DNA of 64,000 nt. Source: the human T2T-CHM13v2.0 reference genome, Homo sapiens. The DNA is taken from the NCBI RefSeq assembly GCF_009914755.1, contig NC_060932.1. One strand, written 5' to 3'. Below are positions 61,622 to 64,000 of this stretch, in pieces (position 1 is the stretch's first letter; every line of letters starts with the position of its first letter). The position numbers and the translations under genes were made by a program. The notes under the pieces are model-generated. The model was not told the origin of the DNA. It worked only from the letters and a program-made list of their open reading frames with translations, and did no database searches.

Positions 61622-63101
61622 CTTACAGGAAGAGAAGAGACACAGCCACACACAGAGAACACTTGTGACAGGGCAGACATTGGAGTGATGTTGCCACAAG
61701 CCAAGGATGCTCTGTCCACCAGAAGCTGGAAGAGGGAAGGAGAGGTCTTCCCCTAGAGGTTTGGAGGGAGTGTGGCCCTGCAGACACCTTGATTCTGCAC
61801 GTCCAGCCTCCAGAAGGATGGGAGAATAGATATCTGTTGTTTTAAGCCACCTGGTTAGTGATACTTCCTTACAACAGTCCTAGGAAACTAATTCATAGCA
61901 GAGCCCAGGCAGCTGAGGCAGGATAAAGCCAGGACCTATGCAGAGGGGCCTAGAAGAGAGATGAGGGAGGGGAACCAAGGAGGAAAGCCTCTTAGAAGGG
62001 CTTACCCGGCACTGACTCAAAGATGGGCAAGGGGAAAAGCCGAGCAATGTGTGGGCTGTGTGGGATCCCTTTCTGGCTGATGAGAAGCTGAACCCATATT
62101 TTTTCCTTCCATTGTGGGGCCTAACAGTGCAGACCAAAAAATTAATATCTAGAAATTGAGTCACTGAAGCCTTCTCTGGCTGGCCCCTTTGAACTTGCAC
62201 CTCCTCATTCTGCAGCTGACAACTGTCAAGAACTGTCCCCTGCCATTTCACCTGAGCTGACCTGATCTCCCCAGGGGAATGAGCCTCGTCTTGCACGTCC
62301 CCTTCTTTGGGTCCCTGGCAGCGCTGCTGCAGGTATGTTTAACATGTAGAGGTCACTTAATAGGTATGTCCTGGTTGGTTGATTTGGTTTCATAACTGAA
62401 GTACATAATATGGTGCTTTGGGTTTGTTTAATTTTAAATATACCTGGCAAATCTGTTATGAGTATAACAAAATGTTTCTACTCCTGGGCAGTAGATAGAT
62501 CGTGTGGCAAGCAGATTGCAGGTCACGTCTACTCTATGCCCTCAAATCCTGATGGCGCTGTCACTCAGCATCACAGAACCTTCCGATGTGGGCTTTTCTT
62601 GTTTGTGCTTTCAAAGTATTTCTGATTTTAGAAAATGCCCATCTGACCTTTTCTTTTTTCTGTATGAATCCCCCAACCTCCCACTCCAGTCACTTGGTTA
62701 CTCATCTTCCTTTTAAAATTCTTTATTTACTTTCTGTTTTCACAGGATACAAGGAACAGGATGCTATGACGAGATATGCATTGAGAAGCTTCAGTCCTGC
62801 CTCCATCCTTATCTTCTTCTCCCTGGACCAAAAGTGATAATTGTCATTTGGTCCTTATTTATTTTTAGAAATAAAACTCTTATGCAGATACCAACACATA
62901 CAAATCTGTATTCTTATACCCTCTATTTCTTACACACAAGGTAGCATATTATATTCACTGCTTGACATGTTACTATATTTATTTGTACTTTATTGAGCTA
63001 TAACATATACAGTAAAATATACAAAACATAATGCATAGGCCAGTGAATTTTTTCCTTTTTTTAAATTTATTTTTCTTGTATGACTATTAAAAACAGCTTT
63101 A

Positions 63102-63490
<389 letters not shown>

Positions 63491-63617
63491 AAGTTTCCTC
63501 TGGCCTCTATATTTTCTTATTAGCTTGTAAAGGTGAGCAGATTGATGAGTTGGGTTGAAGATATCTAACATTAAGCTGATCACAACCTCATGGTTCCTTC
63601 CTAGAGGCTCCTTTAGT

Positions 63618-63923
63618 TTCTTTCTTTTCTTTTCTTCTCTTCTCTTTTTTTTTTTCCGAGACAGGGTCTCACTCTGTTGCCCATGCTAGAGTGCAGTGGT
63701 ATGATCATAGCTCTCTGCAGTCTTAAATTCCTGGTCTTAAGCAATGCTCCTACTTCAGCCTCCCAAGTAGCTGGGACTACAGGGGTGTGCCACCATGTCC
63801 GGCTATTTTTTGTAGAGACAGAGTTTCACCATGTTTCCCAGGCTGTTCTCCTAGTGTCAAGAGATCTGCTCGCCTCAGCCTCCCAAAGTGCTGGGATTAC
63901 AGACATGAGCCACCGTGACCAGC
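63618..63923 (-). mobile_element. AluJ
   Basis: ATGATCATAGCTCTCTGCAG; (CTTTT)n tail. Confidence 0.9.
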
Positions 63924-64000
63924 TGAGTCTGCTTTTGTTTCTTAAGAATCCAGGAACTAGGTAATAAATGTATGTCTTTGCTACTCCTAAGTCTTATTAA

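Larger units (their letters stand above)
59831..61895 (+). mobile_element. MLT1B/C-like LTR, outer layer (59831-60002 and 61626-61895)
   Basis: TGTTGTGAGTTGAATTGTGTCCCCC...; ...TTTAAGCCACCTGG...CCTAGGAAACTAATTCA. Confidence 0.85.

Overview
Repeat-dense, apparently non-coding primate DNA (AluY present, so catarrhine and probably human). I find no credible host protein-coding exon, RNA gene or CRISPR array; the listed ORFs are Alu-, LTR- or microsatellite-derived, or chance. Contents: about 35 Alu/FLAM copies, L1/L2/MIR fragments, hAT DNA transposons (MER30, MER53, MER58, MER63, MER33, MER5A) and many LTR elements. The LTR elements include an old ERV-L remnant with readable integrase and dUTPase motifs (~4.2-6.5 kb), a collapsed MLT2A1/HERV-L provirus that keeps both TSDs (51.0-51.8 kb) and a three-layer nest MLT1>LTR8>MER11D-like (59.8-61.9 kb). 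A CpG-retaining, motif-dense unique segment at ~47.7-48.4 kb is the best promoter/enhancer candidate. The most unusual signal is three short same-strand duplications (428, 77 and 44 bp), each with a partner 1.1-3.6 kb away and with filler or stuttered junctions; they look like fossil locally templated repair insertions. Repeat family names come from recalled consensus sequences, not a database search. Boundaries are approximate unless a TSD is cited. I cannot name the locus, and I cannot support a new multi-gene biological system here.
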